From Rebecca billardiae RCC1528 (Eukaryota; Protista; Haptophyta), in contig OZ251236.1 in assembly GCA_965240325.2 (NCBI GenBank), forward strand, positions 1,302,001 to 1,366,000: 64,000 nt of DNA, given 5' to 3'. A model generated the notes under the pieces. That model searched no databases, was not told the DNA's origin, and was given only the letters and a program-made list of their open reading frames with translations. Shown here piece by piece: positions 34,100-45,633 of the stretch (the first letter of the stretch is position 1; the number at the start of each line of letters is the position of its first letter). Position numbers and translations under genes: made by a program.

Positions 34100-35493
34100 G
34101 CGCGTGCGAAGACTCGAAGGGCGGCGCCGATTGCGCAGCGGGCGGCGCCCCGGCTGTGGCGCACGCGGCGTGCGTGACGGCGCGCGCGCTGCGCGTGCGC
34201 TGCTCGCTCGCGGCTGACGGCGACGGCGGCGCGCTCGAGCCTGGGCGGCCGGCGGCCGACGCCACGCCGCGTGCGCCGGAGGGCACGACGCACGCCGGCG
34301 GCGCGTGCGAGCGCACGCCGCCGTCGCGGCCGACAGTTGCGCCTGAGCCGACGCCCTCGCCGCTCGCCGCTGACGAGCCGGGCGGCGCGCCCGCCGCGGC
34401 ACTCCCGCTGGTGAGCGCGGAGGTGTGCGCGCGCGCGTGCTCGCTGTCCGTCCTGCCGATGGCGGCCGGCGGCGCGGCGGGCGCGGCCGGCGGCGCGCGC
34501 CTGCTGTGGCTGAGCGCACCCGCGCCGCACGGCGGCGGTCGGGGCACGCAGCAGACCGGCGGCGCGGCGGCGGGCGGCGCGGCCGCCGATGGCGGCGGCG
34601 CGCCGCAGGCGCTCGCGGAGAGCGCCGGCACGGCGCTGCGCGTGTGCGTGCGCATGTGCGCGGGTCCGGCGCCGCGCCCCGCGCACGCCGGCTCGGCGCC
34701 GCGCACGCCGCCCCACGCGCGGCGCGGCTCCACTCCCGCGCACGGAGGCGCGCCGTTGCACGCGCACGCGCCCGCGCGCTCGCTCGGCGCCACCTCGCTC
34801 AGCGTGTCGGCGGTGCTCGGGCGCGTGTGCGCGCGCGCGGGCGCGTGCGAGTGGGCGGTGCTTGCGCCCGGGCTCCGGTGGGTGCCGACGCTCGCGCCGC
34901 TGCTCCCGCCCGCGCCGGCGCGCGTCCAGGTGAGCGTCGAAGCGCCCTCCGCGCTCGCGGCGTGGACCCCTGAGCACACGGCCGCGGCCGCGGAGCCCAC
35001 CGCCGGGCCCGCCGCCGGGCGCGACGCCGGGCCCGACGCTGAGCGCGACGCCGACGCGGGCGCGGAGGCGCGGCTCGTGCGGTGCGCGCTGCTCCTCGCA
35101 GTCGACGTGCGCACTGACGTGGCGGCTCAGAGCGTGCGCTGGGCGAGCGCGCGCGCGTCTGTGCAGCGCCTGGAGGCGGCGGCGGCGCGGTGGGCGCGGC
35201 CAGCGCGGGCGGCGCCGGCGGCGCCGAGCGAGCAGCGGGCGGCGCCGTGCGCGGCGCCGCCGCTCCGCCGCGCCCTCGCGCTGCGCGGCTGCGAGGCGCG
35301 CGCGACCATCGCCGCGCGAACGCTCGCTCTCGACCTGAGCACCGCAGGGGCCGTGCACGTGTGCGCGGCAGAGTTGATGCGGTGGCGCGTGCGGCCGGCC
35401 GCGGCGGCGCGCGCCGACGGCGGCGGCGGCGCGGACGGCGGCGGCGGCGCACGCGCGGCGGGCGCGGCCGCGCGCGCGCCGACGCAGGCACGC

Positions 35494-35548
<55 letters not shown>

Positions 35549-38500
35549 GTGGTGCGCAGCCCGACCCCGCGCGCGCGGCACCCGGCGCGCCGGCCGCGCC
35601 GCGCGATGGCGCACCTTTGGAGCAGCGCCTCTCCGCGCGGCTGGCCGAGATACACGCGAGATCGCGCGCCGCGGGCGCGGCGGCGCAGCGCGCGCCCTCG
35701 GCGGCGCGCGCGGCACGCCAGCTGCTGGGCGCGCTCTTCGGTGCCCAGGGCGGCGGCAGCGCCGCCGCCCCCGCCGCGCCGGCTGCTGCGCTGAATCGCG
35801 TGTGTCTGAACCTGGAGTGCGGCGCGTTGCCACGCGGCGCGCACGGCAGCTGCGGCGCGGCCTCCGCTGAGATGGGGCCGCGCCACGCCGCCGCCCTGGA
35901 GCTGCTCGTGCTCGACGACACGGGGCCGCGCGCGCGCGCCGTGGCCGACGCCGAGGCGGCGGGCGGCGGCGAGGGCGCCGCCCTGGCGCCGCCCGCCCCG
36001 CCGCGCCCGCTGCCTGTGCTGCGCGTGCGCGTCGGCTCTGTCCGCGCGTCCGCGCGCGCGCTGCTCGAGCACGCGCACGCGCACAGCGACGAGCGCGGCG
36101 CCGCCGAGGCTGGCGGCGGCGTCGGTGGCGCGGATGCGGCGGCGGCGGCCTCGCCCGACGGCGCGGCGCGGCGCGGCGGTGGCGGCGCGGCGGGCGCGGC
36201 GGGCGACGACGACGGTGTGCGCAGAGCGCGCGCGCTGCGAGGCTCCCAGCTCGAGCTGCGCATCAGCGGCGTGGGCGTGGACGTGTGCGCCGCGCCGCTG
36301 TACCTGTGCGAGGTGCTCGCGCCAGGCACGCCGCCGCCGCCGCCGCCCGCACCCATCGCCGCCGCCGCCGGCGCAACGAGTGGCGGCGGCGACGGCGGCG
36401 GCGGCGGCGGCGGCGCTGCGCCGTGCGGCGCGCGCGCCGGCGCGTGCGCGGCGGCGCGCTCCGTGTCCGAGTCAGCGTGTGCGTGGGAGGCTGTGCTGGA
36501 GCCGTGCGAGGCGCATGGGTCTGCGCACGTCGGCGCGAGGCGCGGGCTGTGGCTCAGCGCGCGCGCGCCCTCCGCCGCCAGCGTGAACGTGAGCCTGAGC
36601 CTGCTGCGCGCGCTGGCAGCCTGGCGGCGCGCGCGCGCGCAGCTGCCCGCAGCGGAGGCGCGTGCGCGCGCGGCGCAGCGCGCGGCGCGCGAGCGGGGCT
36701 GGCAAGCGCCGGCGGCGCGTTGGCCTGTGGACGGCCCGGACCCGAGCAGCGTGGCGCTACCGCCGCCCATCACGCCGCTCCTTGCCTCGCCGTGCTCCAC
36801 GCCCGCGCACTCCGAGGCGGCCGACAGGTCACCGGCTGGCGCGTCGGCCGGCGCGGCCGCGGCCGGCGGCGGGTGCGGCGGCGGGTGCGGCGGCGCTGTC
36901 GACGTGGGCGGTGGCGCGCGGCTCTCGCGCGGCGCGGGGGGCGGCGCTTCGAGCGCGGAGGCGGCGTGCGTGAGCGTGCACAACTGCACGGGCCTCGTGC
37001 TGCAGCTCGCCAGCGTGCGCGTGCGCGCCGGCGGCGCACCGGCCGCGCCTTCGTCGCTCGTGCAAGTGTGTCCGGACGCGCGCGTGCGCGTGCGCGCGCC
37101 GCGCAGCCTCGGCTTTGCGGAGCGCGCGGCCGGCGGCGTCGGCGGCAGCCGCACGCTGACGCTGCTGTCCGCGGCGAGCGCGCGCGCCGACACGGGCCTC
37201 GACCTGAGCGCCTGGCTCCGTGCCGCGTGCGACGCGGCGCTCGCGCGCGCCGCGCGCGCGCGCGCCGCCGAGCCGCGCGCCCCGGACGAGGCGGCGGCGG
37301 ACGCGCTGAGCGGCGGCGCGCTTGTGCCTGACTGGATTGTGAGCGTGCCGGGCGCGCGCGGCGGGCGGCGCGTGTGGTGCTCGCTGAGCGCGCACGCCGC
37401 GCCGAGCCGCCAGCACGCCCAGCCCGGCGCCGGCGCCGCCGAGTCGGCCGCGGCGGTCGTGGCGGCAGCCACGGCGGCGGCGCGCGGCGGCGGCGGCGAC
37501 GGCGGCGTCGGGCACACGGCCGCGCCGCCGCCGCCTCAGCCGCCGCCGCCGCCTCAGCCGCCGCCGCCGCCTCAGCCGCCGCCGCCGCCGCCGCCTCAGC
37601 CGCAGCTGCCGCCGCCGCCGTCGCCGCCGCCGCCGCCTCTGGTGCTCGTGCGCGTGCGCCCGCCGCTCTCCGTGGCGAACCTGCTGCCGTGCGACCTGGA
37701 CGTGCGCGTCGACGCGCCCGCGGACGGCGGCGCCGCCGAGATCGCCACGCTCTCGCCGGGAGACATTTTCGTCCCGAGCTATCGGCTGCTCGCGCCGCCG
37801 CCGCCCGGCGCAAGCGGCGGGCGGCCGGCGCGGCCGGCGCGGCGCGGCGGCGCGCGCTCGCAGCCGCAGCCGCAGCTGCAGCTGCGCGTGACGGGGCGGA
37901 CGCACTGGTCGGCGCCGGTCTCCCTGCGCCAGCTGGTGGGCGGCAGCGCGCTCTGGGCGCACGCCGCGCTCGACCCGTGCGCCGACGGCGCGGACGGCGG
38001 CGGCGACAGCGGCGGCGGCGGCGGCGACAACGGCGGCGGCGGCGACGGCGGCGCGGCGCGCGCTCAGCGCCGCTCGCGCGGCGCGTGCGGTGCGGCGCCG
38101 CCGTCGCTCGCCCTTCGGATCCACCCGGCGCTCGGCGCGGCGGTGGCGCTCTCGTCGGCGAGCGTCGCGCTGAGCGTCTTCGTCACGCACTGGCTCTGCG
38201 ACCGCACCGACCTCGCCCTCGCCTACGCCCGGGATGCGGGCGTGAGCGCGAGGCTGGCCGGGGTGCCCATCGGCGCGCCGCGCGCGCTGCTTAGTCGGGC
38301 GAGCGCGCGCGCCGACGGCTGCGCTGACGAGGGCGGCGGCGGCGGGGGTGGAGAGGCGGCGTGGCCTGGCGCAGGCGAGACGGCAGAGCCGTGGCGCGGC
38401 TCGCTCGCCCTCTGGTCCCACCACAACCCCACGCACGCGCTGCGCGTCGGCGCCGCGGCCGCGCCGAGCGACGCCGGCGGCGACGGCGGCGGCCGCGGCG

Positions 38501-41500
38501 CTCGCGCGCCCGCGCCCGCTGTGCGCTGGTCCCGACCTGTGCTGGGCACGGCACAGCTGCGCGCGGGCGCGCCGGCGCAGCTGAGCGTGCGCGTGCGCGA
38601 GCGCGGGCTGGAGCGCGTGCACCCGCTCGCGCTCACCTCCACGCCGCTCGCGGGCGTGCTCAGCAGCACGCGCCTCGTCGTCGTGAGCCATGCGATTTGG
38701 GCCGAATCGGAGCTGCCGGCGGGCTGCGCGCTCGAGCTCGCGCAGGGCGGCGCGAGGCGCGGCGCGGCGCGCGCGGCGCTGATGCCCGGCGAGGCGGCGG
38801 CGCTGTGCTGGCCGGACGCGCTCGGCGCGCGCGCGCTGCACGTGCGCGTCGTGCGCGTCGCGTCACCCACCGCCTCCGCGCGCGCCGCCGCGCCGCCAGA
38901 GGGGTGTGTCCGCGGCGGCGATGGCGGCGGCGGCGGCAGCGGCGGCGGCGGCGCAGCGGGCGCGGCGTCGGCCGCGCGCGCGCTGCGCGGCGGCGTGGAC
39001 GGCTGCGGCGGCGAATGGGCGTGGAGCGGCGCGATCGCGCTGACGCCCGCGGCGCAGAGCAGCGTGCAGCTGCCGTGGCTGCGCACCGCGCCCGAGCCCG
39101 GCCGCTCGGACGGCGGCGTGGACGGCGGCGGCGGCGGGCTCGGCGGCGGGTTCGGGCGCGCGTGCACACTGTCGCTGCACGTGCGCGCAGAGGGCGCGCG
39201 CACAGTGCTGCGCGTGCGCGCGGGGGCGCCGAGCCACCGCGTGGAGAACCACTCGGCGCTGGCGCACGTGCTCGTGGCCGAGCGCGGCGCGCCGCCGCAC
39301 TGCGCGGTCCTCGTGCGCGCCGGCTGCGCGCTCGACTTCAGCCCGCACGCCGCGCGCGGCGGCGCGGCGCCGTCCGCGCCGCCGCTGACGCTCCGCGCGC
39401 TACCGCTGGTGAGCGCGGCGCGCGCGCGCGGCGGCGAGGCGGGTTGCTCGCTGCTGCTGCCCGCGCCGCCGGCGGGGCCGCAGCCCGCCGAGCCGCCGGG
39501 CGCACACTGCCTCGCGGTCGGCGGCGTGCGCCTGCCCGTCTCCCGCACGTACGACGCGGACGCCGCGCAGTTCGTGCTGCGCATCGGCGCGGCGGCGGCG
39601 GGCGGCGGCTCGGGCGGCGCGGGCGCGGACGCGGGCGGCGGCGGCGGCGCGGGCGCGGCCGCGGCCGCGCTCGCGCATGAGCTCGCTCGGCTTGAGAGCG
39701 AGGCGGCGGCGGAGGTAGCGGCGGCGGCGGGCGCGGGTGTGAGCGCGGCGGACGCGGCCGCCGCCGCGCTGCCGCCGCTGCTCGAGCCGACGCCAACGCC
39801 ACCGCCGCAACCCGCCAGCCCCGCGGCCGCGCCGCCGCCCGGAGGCCAGTGCGCCGACGCCGACGCGGACGTCTCCGCCGACGCGGCCGCCGCCACCGAC
39901 GCGGAGGGCGCTCGCGTCTCCTCCGTCGTCATCCTCCTCGCCGCCCTCTCCGCGGCGCCGCGCGGCGCGCGCGGGCTGGCGTGCTCGCTGCGCGTGCGCG
40001 CGCGCTGCGCCGCGCTCGGCCTCAGCTGGCCGCCTTGCACGCTGCCCGCAGCCGCCGTGCGTTCGCTCGAGTCGGGCGCGGCCGCGCGCCACGCAGTTGC
40101 TGGCGAGCTGGCCGCGGGCACGGCCGCGCTGCTGCTGCCCGCGCGCGCGCTGGCCGCGGCCGCGGCCGCGCGCGAGGGCGGGGAGCCCGGGCTGGGCTGC
40201 CTCGAGCTGCGCCTCGAAGCGCACGCGGCCGAAGCCGGCGGCGCCTCCGCCCCCACGCAAGCCCCCCCCCCTCCTCCGCCCGTCATCGCCTGGGCGGGTG
40301 TTGTGCGCGTGGGCGTAGCGGCGCTGCTGCGCGCGGCGGCGGCGGCGCCCGGCGGCGGCGGCGGCGGCGGCGCGGAGGGCGCGTGCGGCCCGGCCGAGCG
40401 CGGCGCGTCGGCGGCGCTGCTCGACGCGTGGTGGGCCGTGCACGCCGCCGGGCCCGACAGTCCGCACCCTCCGCCGCCCATCGAGGCGGTACGGCTGCAC
40501 TGCTGGCGTGCGGGCTCGGTGGCCGGCGCGCTGCGCGCGCGCGCGGCCGCGCGCGCGCGCGAGCTCGAGGGCGCGCTGCTGCGCGCGGCCGCGCTGCGCG
40601 AGGTGTTGCGCGCGGGCGCGGGCGCGCCGAGCGGCGGGCTGGGCGCGGCCGAGGCCGCCGCCTCGCCCCGCGAGCCGCACCCGATCGCGCCCGCGTGCGC
40701 TCTCTGCGTGCGCGGCGTGTCGCTGTGCGCGCGCGCGCTGCCACCATGTTGGCAGCCGCCGGCCGCGGCCGCGCCGCCCGCCTCGCTGCTGCTCGTGCTC
40801 AGCGTGGGGTCGGAGGTGCGGCTGCTGCGCTGCCCGCTCGAGCTGGCGCCGCGCGAGGGCGCGGCCGAGCACGACGGCGCGCTCTTCGGCCCCACGCCCG
40901 CCGTCAGTGTCGCCTCCGTTCTCGGAGGGTTCGGCAGCACCAACGGCGCGGCGCGCGGCGCGGCGCGCGGCCACGCGCCGGCCGAGTGCGCGGCGCGCGC
41001 GTGGCGCGCGCGCGCGACGCCGCACGCCGCGCACTTTTCGCGCGCGGGCGCGGCGCGCGGGCGGCACGCGGCGGTGCACATCGCCGTGCGCGCGCTGGCC
41101 GACGGCCGACAGCTCGCCGCGGCCGCGAGCGCGGCGCTGGGCGGCGCGCGCGGCGCCGACGGCGCGGGCCGGGCGGCGGGCGGCGCGGCCGCGCTCGCCG
41201 CTGCGGCGCTGCCCGCCACCACGCTCGTGGCGGAGGCGTGGGTGCCGCTGCACGCGCTGTCGGACGGGCGGGAGTACCTCGCGCGGCAGGCGATGGACGT
41301 GCGCGGCGCGCGCGCCACGCTCGAGCTCAGCCTGCTCTGGCGAGGCGCCGACGCGGACGCGGGCGCAAGCGCGGGCGCGGGCGCGGCCGCTGGAGCGGGC
41401 GCGGCGCGCGGCGCGAGCGGCGCGTGCGCGGCCGCGGCCGCGGCCGAGGCGCCGGCGGCGCAGCAGCCGCGCGCGCACGCCGCGGCGTGCGTCGACCGCG

Positions 41501-41779
41501 CCGCCCCCGCCGCCTCCGCCCCCTTCGCCCCGCCCGACGGCGTGCACGCCCGCGCCCACCTCGCCAGACTCCACCTGTGCCTTCTCGACGCGTGCGGCCG
41601 CGAGGCGCTCGTAGGTACGCTCGGCGGCGCGGTGGCGGACTGGGAGCGGGGCGCGGCGCCGTGCGTGCCGCTGCGCGTGCGCGCGACGGCGAGGCAGCTG
41701 CAGGTCGACCGCGGCCGCCGCGCGGCGCGGCCCGCCAACGCCGGCGCCGCCGGTGGCTCGTCTGGCGCGCGCACGGCGC

Positions 41780-41826
<47 letters not shown>

Positions 41827-44668
41827 AGCGCGAGCGGCGCGCGCGGCGGCGGCGCGGCGGTGGGCGGCGCGCAGTCGGACGTGCTGCTCGCCACGACGCC
41901 CGAGGACACCGCGCCCGGCGTCGCCGCCGAGCTCGCCGCCGCGCTCGGCGACGAGCTCTGCCTCGCCGTCCGCGCCGACGCGGACGCGGACGCGCGCGCG
42001 GCGCACAGCGCGCCGCGCCGCGCAGCCTCGCTCGCTCGCGACGCGCTCGCGCGCGCAGACGCGGCGCGCGAGGGTTGGCATGGCGCGCGCGCGCCGGCGA
42101 TTGGCGTGGCGCTCGTGCAGCTCGCGCCGCGGCACGTGCACTCGGGCTGCGCGCTGCTCGCGCCCCTCGAGATGTCCCTCGACGCCTCCGCCGTCGACCT
42201 CGTCGTCCTCTTTGCGCGCGCGGCGCGTGACGCGATGCGCACGCCGCCGCTCGGCGCGCCGCCACCGCCGCCGCCGACGCACGGCGCGGCCGCGGCCGCC
42301 GACGCGCGCGCGCACGACGGCGGCGCGGGCCGCGCGGCGCGCGGCCGGCGCGGTGTGGCGCGGCGCGGCGGCGCGATCGCCTCGCCGCGCGGCCGCGCCG
42401 ACGCCGACGCCGACGCAAACGCCGACGCCGACGCCGACGCCGCCGGCGGCGCGCGCGCGCGCGCCGAGGCGCGCGCGGCGCGCGCGTGGGCCGCGGCCGC
42501 GCGCACCATCGGCGCAGCCGCACGGCCGGCGCGCGCGCCGCCGGCCGACGGCACGCGGCCGGCCGTGCGCATCGACTCGCTCTCGCTGCTCCCGGTGCGC
42601 GCGACGCTCTCGCTCGAGGCGGGCGCGCTGCGCCGCCTCGCCGCCGCCCTCGCCCCGGACGCCGCCCTCGAATGGGCAGCGCACACGCCCGTGGGCGGTG
42701 TGCTAGCGGTGATGGCGGTCGAGTTGACGGCGGTGCTGGCTGCGCCGTGCGCCGCGCCCGCGCTGCGGCTGCGCGGCGTGGCGGACACGCCGGGGCGGCT
42801 GCTCGCGCGCGTCGGTGCGCACTACGGCTCGCACGTCGCCGCCGCGCTCTACGAGATCGGCACCCACTCCGGCGTCCTCGGCGGCGCCTGGCACCTCGCG
42901 GACGAGCTCGGCGGCGCCGCGCGCACGCTCGCGCGGCTCGTGGCGCGCGGCGCCGCGGCCGGGCCGTGCGAGCTGCTCGAGGCGGTGGCGGCGGGGCTGC
43001 GCGGGCTGGGCGGCTCGGCGGCGCGCGGCGTGCTCTCGGCGCTCGCGCTCTCCGCCGACACGCTCCACCGCACCTCCGTCCTCATGGGCACCGACCCGGC
43101 CGAGGTGATGGCGGGTGTGCACGCCGCGCGGCGCGAGCGGCGCGCGCGCGCGCTCGAAGCCGGCGACGACGACGGCGCCGCCGCGGCCGCCGCCGTCGCC
43201 GACGCGCTGTACGTGCGCCGCGCGCGGCGGGCGGGCACGGTGTGCACGGCGACGGCGTTCGGCGGGCGCGGCGTGTGCGCCGGCTGCCTGCTCCCCGCCG
43301 CGCGCGTGCTGCTCTGCCCTCTCACCACGCTCCTTGCGCTTCTGAGCGCGGGCGCGCGCGGAGCGCTGCGACTCGCGTCGCGCGGCGAGCGCTCGCGGCG
43401 GCGCGCGCGCGCGCGGCTGCCCCGGCCGCCGCCGCGGCTTGAGGCGCCGAGCGGCGCGGGCGCGATGGTGCCGGCGGGCGCGCAGCACGGCGCGGACGCC
43501 GACCCCGACGCCTTCGCCGCGCCCGCCGACGAGCGCGGCGTGCAGCTCGTGCCCGCGGCGCACTCCGCCGCGGCGCGCGCCGCCGCACGCCACGCGGGCG
43601 TGGGCCTCGCGCTCGGCGCACGCGCGCAGCCGGCGGCGGCGGCGGCGGCGGCGGTGCGCGTGTACGACGAGCACCGCGCGGAGGGCGAGGAGCTGGCGCG
43701 CAAGCTGCGCAAGGCGCGGCGCAAGCGCGCCGGCCCCGCCGCCCGCTTCGGCCACGCGCTCAGCGCCGCCCTCGGCGTGGGGCCGGCGGCGCGCGGCGCG
43801 TGGGCGCGCGGCGCGTGGGCGCGCGGCGCGTGGGCGCGCGGCTTGGACGCGGAGGACGGCGACAGCGATGCGGAGGGCGAGGCGGCCGGATCGGCCGACG
43901 GCTCGGCGTCGCGCTCGCACGGCCACGCGGCGGCCTCGCGCGCCGCGCCGGGCGAGGCCGCGCGGCCGTCCGCGCCGCCAGAGCGCTACGCCGCGCACGC
44001 GCTCGCCCGCGGCGGCGGCGCGTGCGTTCTCACCACGCGGCGCGTGGCACTGCTCGGACCGGGCGCGCGCGCGGTGCGCTGGCAGCTGGCTCTGGAGAGT
44101 GTGGCGGCGGTGCGCTCGGCCGAGGGCGGCGTGCTGCTGCTCGCCGAGCGAGCGCCGCCGCCGCGCGGGCTGCGCGCGGTGCTGGGCACGCGCGGCGTGG
44201 CCCTGCCCGCGCCTGCACACCTGCACGCCCCCGGCAGTCCGGCCGCTGGCGCGGACGCGGCCGTGACTGCGGCGCCGCGGCGCGCGGCCGGCCCGGCGCG
44301 CGTGCGCACCGTCGAGTGCCACGATGGGGCCGAGGCGCGCGCGCTGCACGACGCACTCGCGCGCGTGCTCGGCGCGCGCGCCCACTGCTCGGCCGCCGAG
44401 GCGCCGCAGCCGCGCGGCGCAGATCCCGCCGCAGACGCCGCCGCGGCCCGCGCCTCTGCGTGCGCCTCTGCACACGCGGCCGGCACCGCCCCTGCCGGCC
44501 GCGTGGGCGGTGGTTGGGAGCACGCGCACGCGCGCGCCGCCACGGACGAGGAGGAGGGCGGAGGCGGCGGCGGCACGATGGCGCGCGCGAGCGTGCGCGT
44601 GATGATTGTGGGGCACGAGGTGGTCAGCCGCGCCCTCGCGTCCGCGCGCGCGCCGCCGCACGCCCAGC

Positions 44669-44699
<31 letters not shown>

Positions 44700-45453
44700 G
44701 CCGCCCGTGTGGGCGCGGCTGTGCTGCGTGTCGCGTGAGGCGCGCGCTCACGTGTCCTACAGACTGCTCGCGGCGAGCGCGGACGAGCTGGGCGGGGAGC
44801 AGCTGCTGGTGTGCGCGAAGCGCTACTCCGACTTCGTGCGGCTGCGCCGCGAGATCCTCGCGGCGCACACGGGCGTGCCGCGCGTGCCGCCGCTGCCGCC
44901 CAAGCAGTGGCTCGCCAACCTGAGCGCCGCGCTGATCGCCCGGCGCTCGGCGGCGCTCGCGGTGTGGCTCAACCGTGTCGCGCTGATCGCACGCGCGAGG
45001 GAGCCGCTCGAGCGCTTCTGCGCGTCGGACGTGCTCACGGTCGTTGCGCGCGCGCCCTCGCCGCCGCCCTCGCCTGCGCTGAGGCGGCGCCAGCGGCGCA
45101 TCTCAGCGGCCGCGTATGGCGGCGCCGCCTCGCCGCTCGCAGACAGCCCGACGCGCCGCTCGACCCTCGAGCTCAGCGCCGCACTCGCCGCGGCCATGAC
45201 GGCGGACGAGCGCGGCCGTGGCCCGCTCGGTGGCGCCGGGGCGGAGGGGGGCGCGACGCCCGCAGCCGCGCGCCGGGCCTCAGAGCGGCACCGCCTCAGG
45301 GAGATGGGGCTGTCGCCGCCAGACGAGGAGCGGCGACGGGGTCGCGGCCGCTCGCCGTCGCAGCGGCAGCAGATGAGCCGGCCGACGCGCCACGCGTCCT
45401 TGCCCCACGATCTGCAGCTGGCCGACAGGCGGCTGATCCGCGATGGCATCTAG
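30241..45453 (+). CDS. VPS13-like bridge lipid-transfer protein (5070 aa, highly divergent, Ala/Gly/Pro-rich) with a C-terminal PX domain
   Basis: Chorein-N start MVLEGFVAKALSGALGEWLEDITPDRLHVGGLSGDVQLENLSLR; WEAVLEP; VHNCTG; PPLSVANLLPCDL and HRVENHS (VAB-repeat-type motifs); VPS13-C-like region; PX-like KRYSDFVRLR...VPPLPPK...IARRSAALAVWLNRV. Unseen in-frame introns cannot be excluded. Confidence 0.8.
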
Positions 45454-45633
45454 CTACGCCTGACGACGACCGACTGCGGCGATGAGGATCAGGCGGCGGC
45501 GGACTTCCAGTGACGACGACGACATCATGCTGATATGCGCGCGGCGCGCCTGCTGCGGTGACGGGCTATGAGCGGGCACGTCAAAGCAGGGCTGGCGTCG
45601 TCAGCACGGAATAGCGTATATCACGGATCGCGC

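Noticed and set aside
31866-44868. Long antisense and off-frame ORFs across the VPS13-like gene
   Set aside because: Low-complexity Arg/Ala/Pro products expected at extreme GC.
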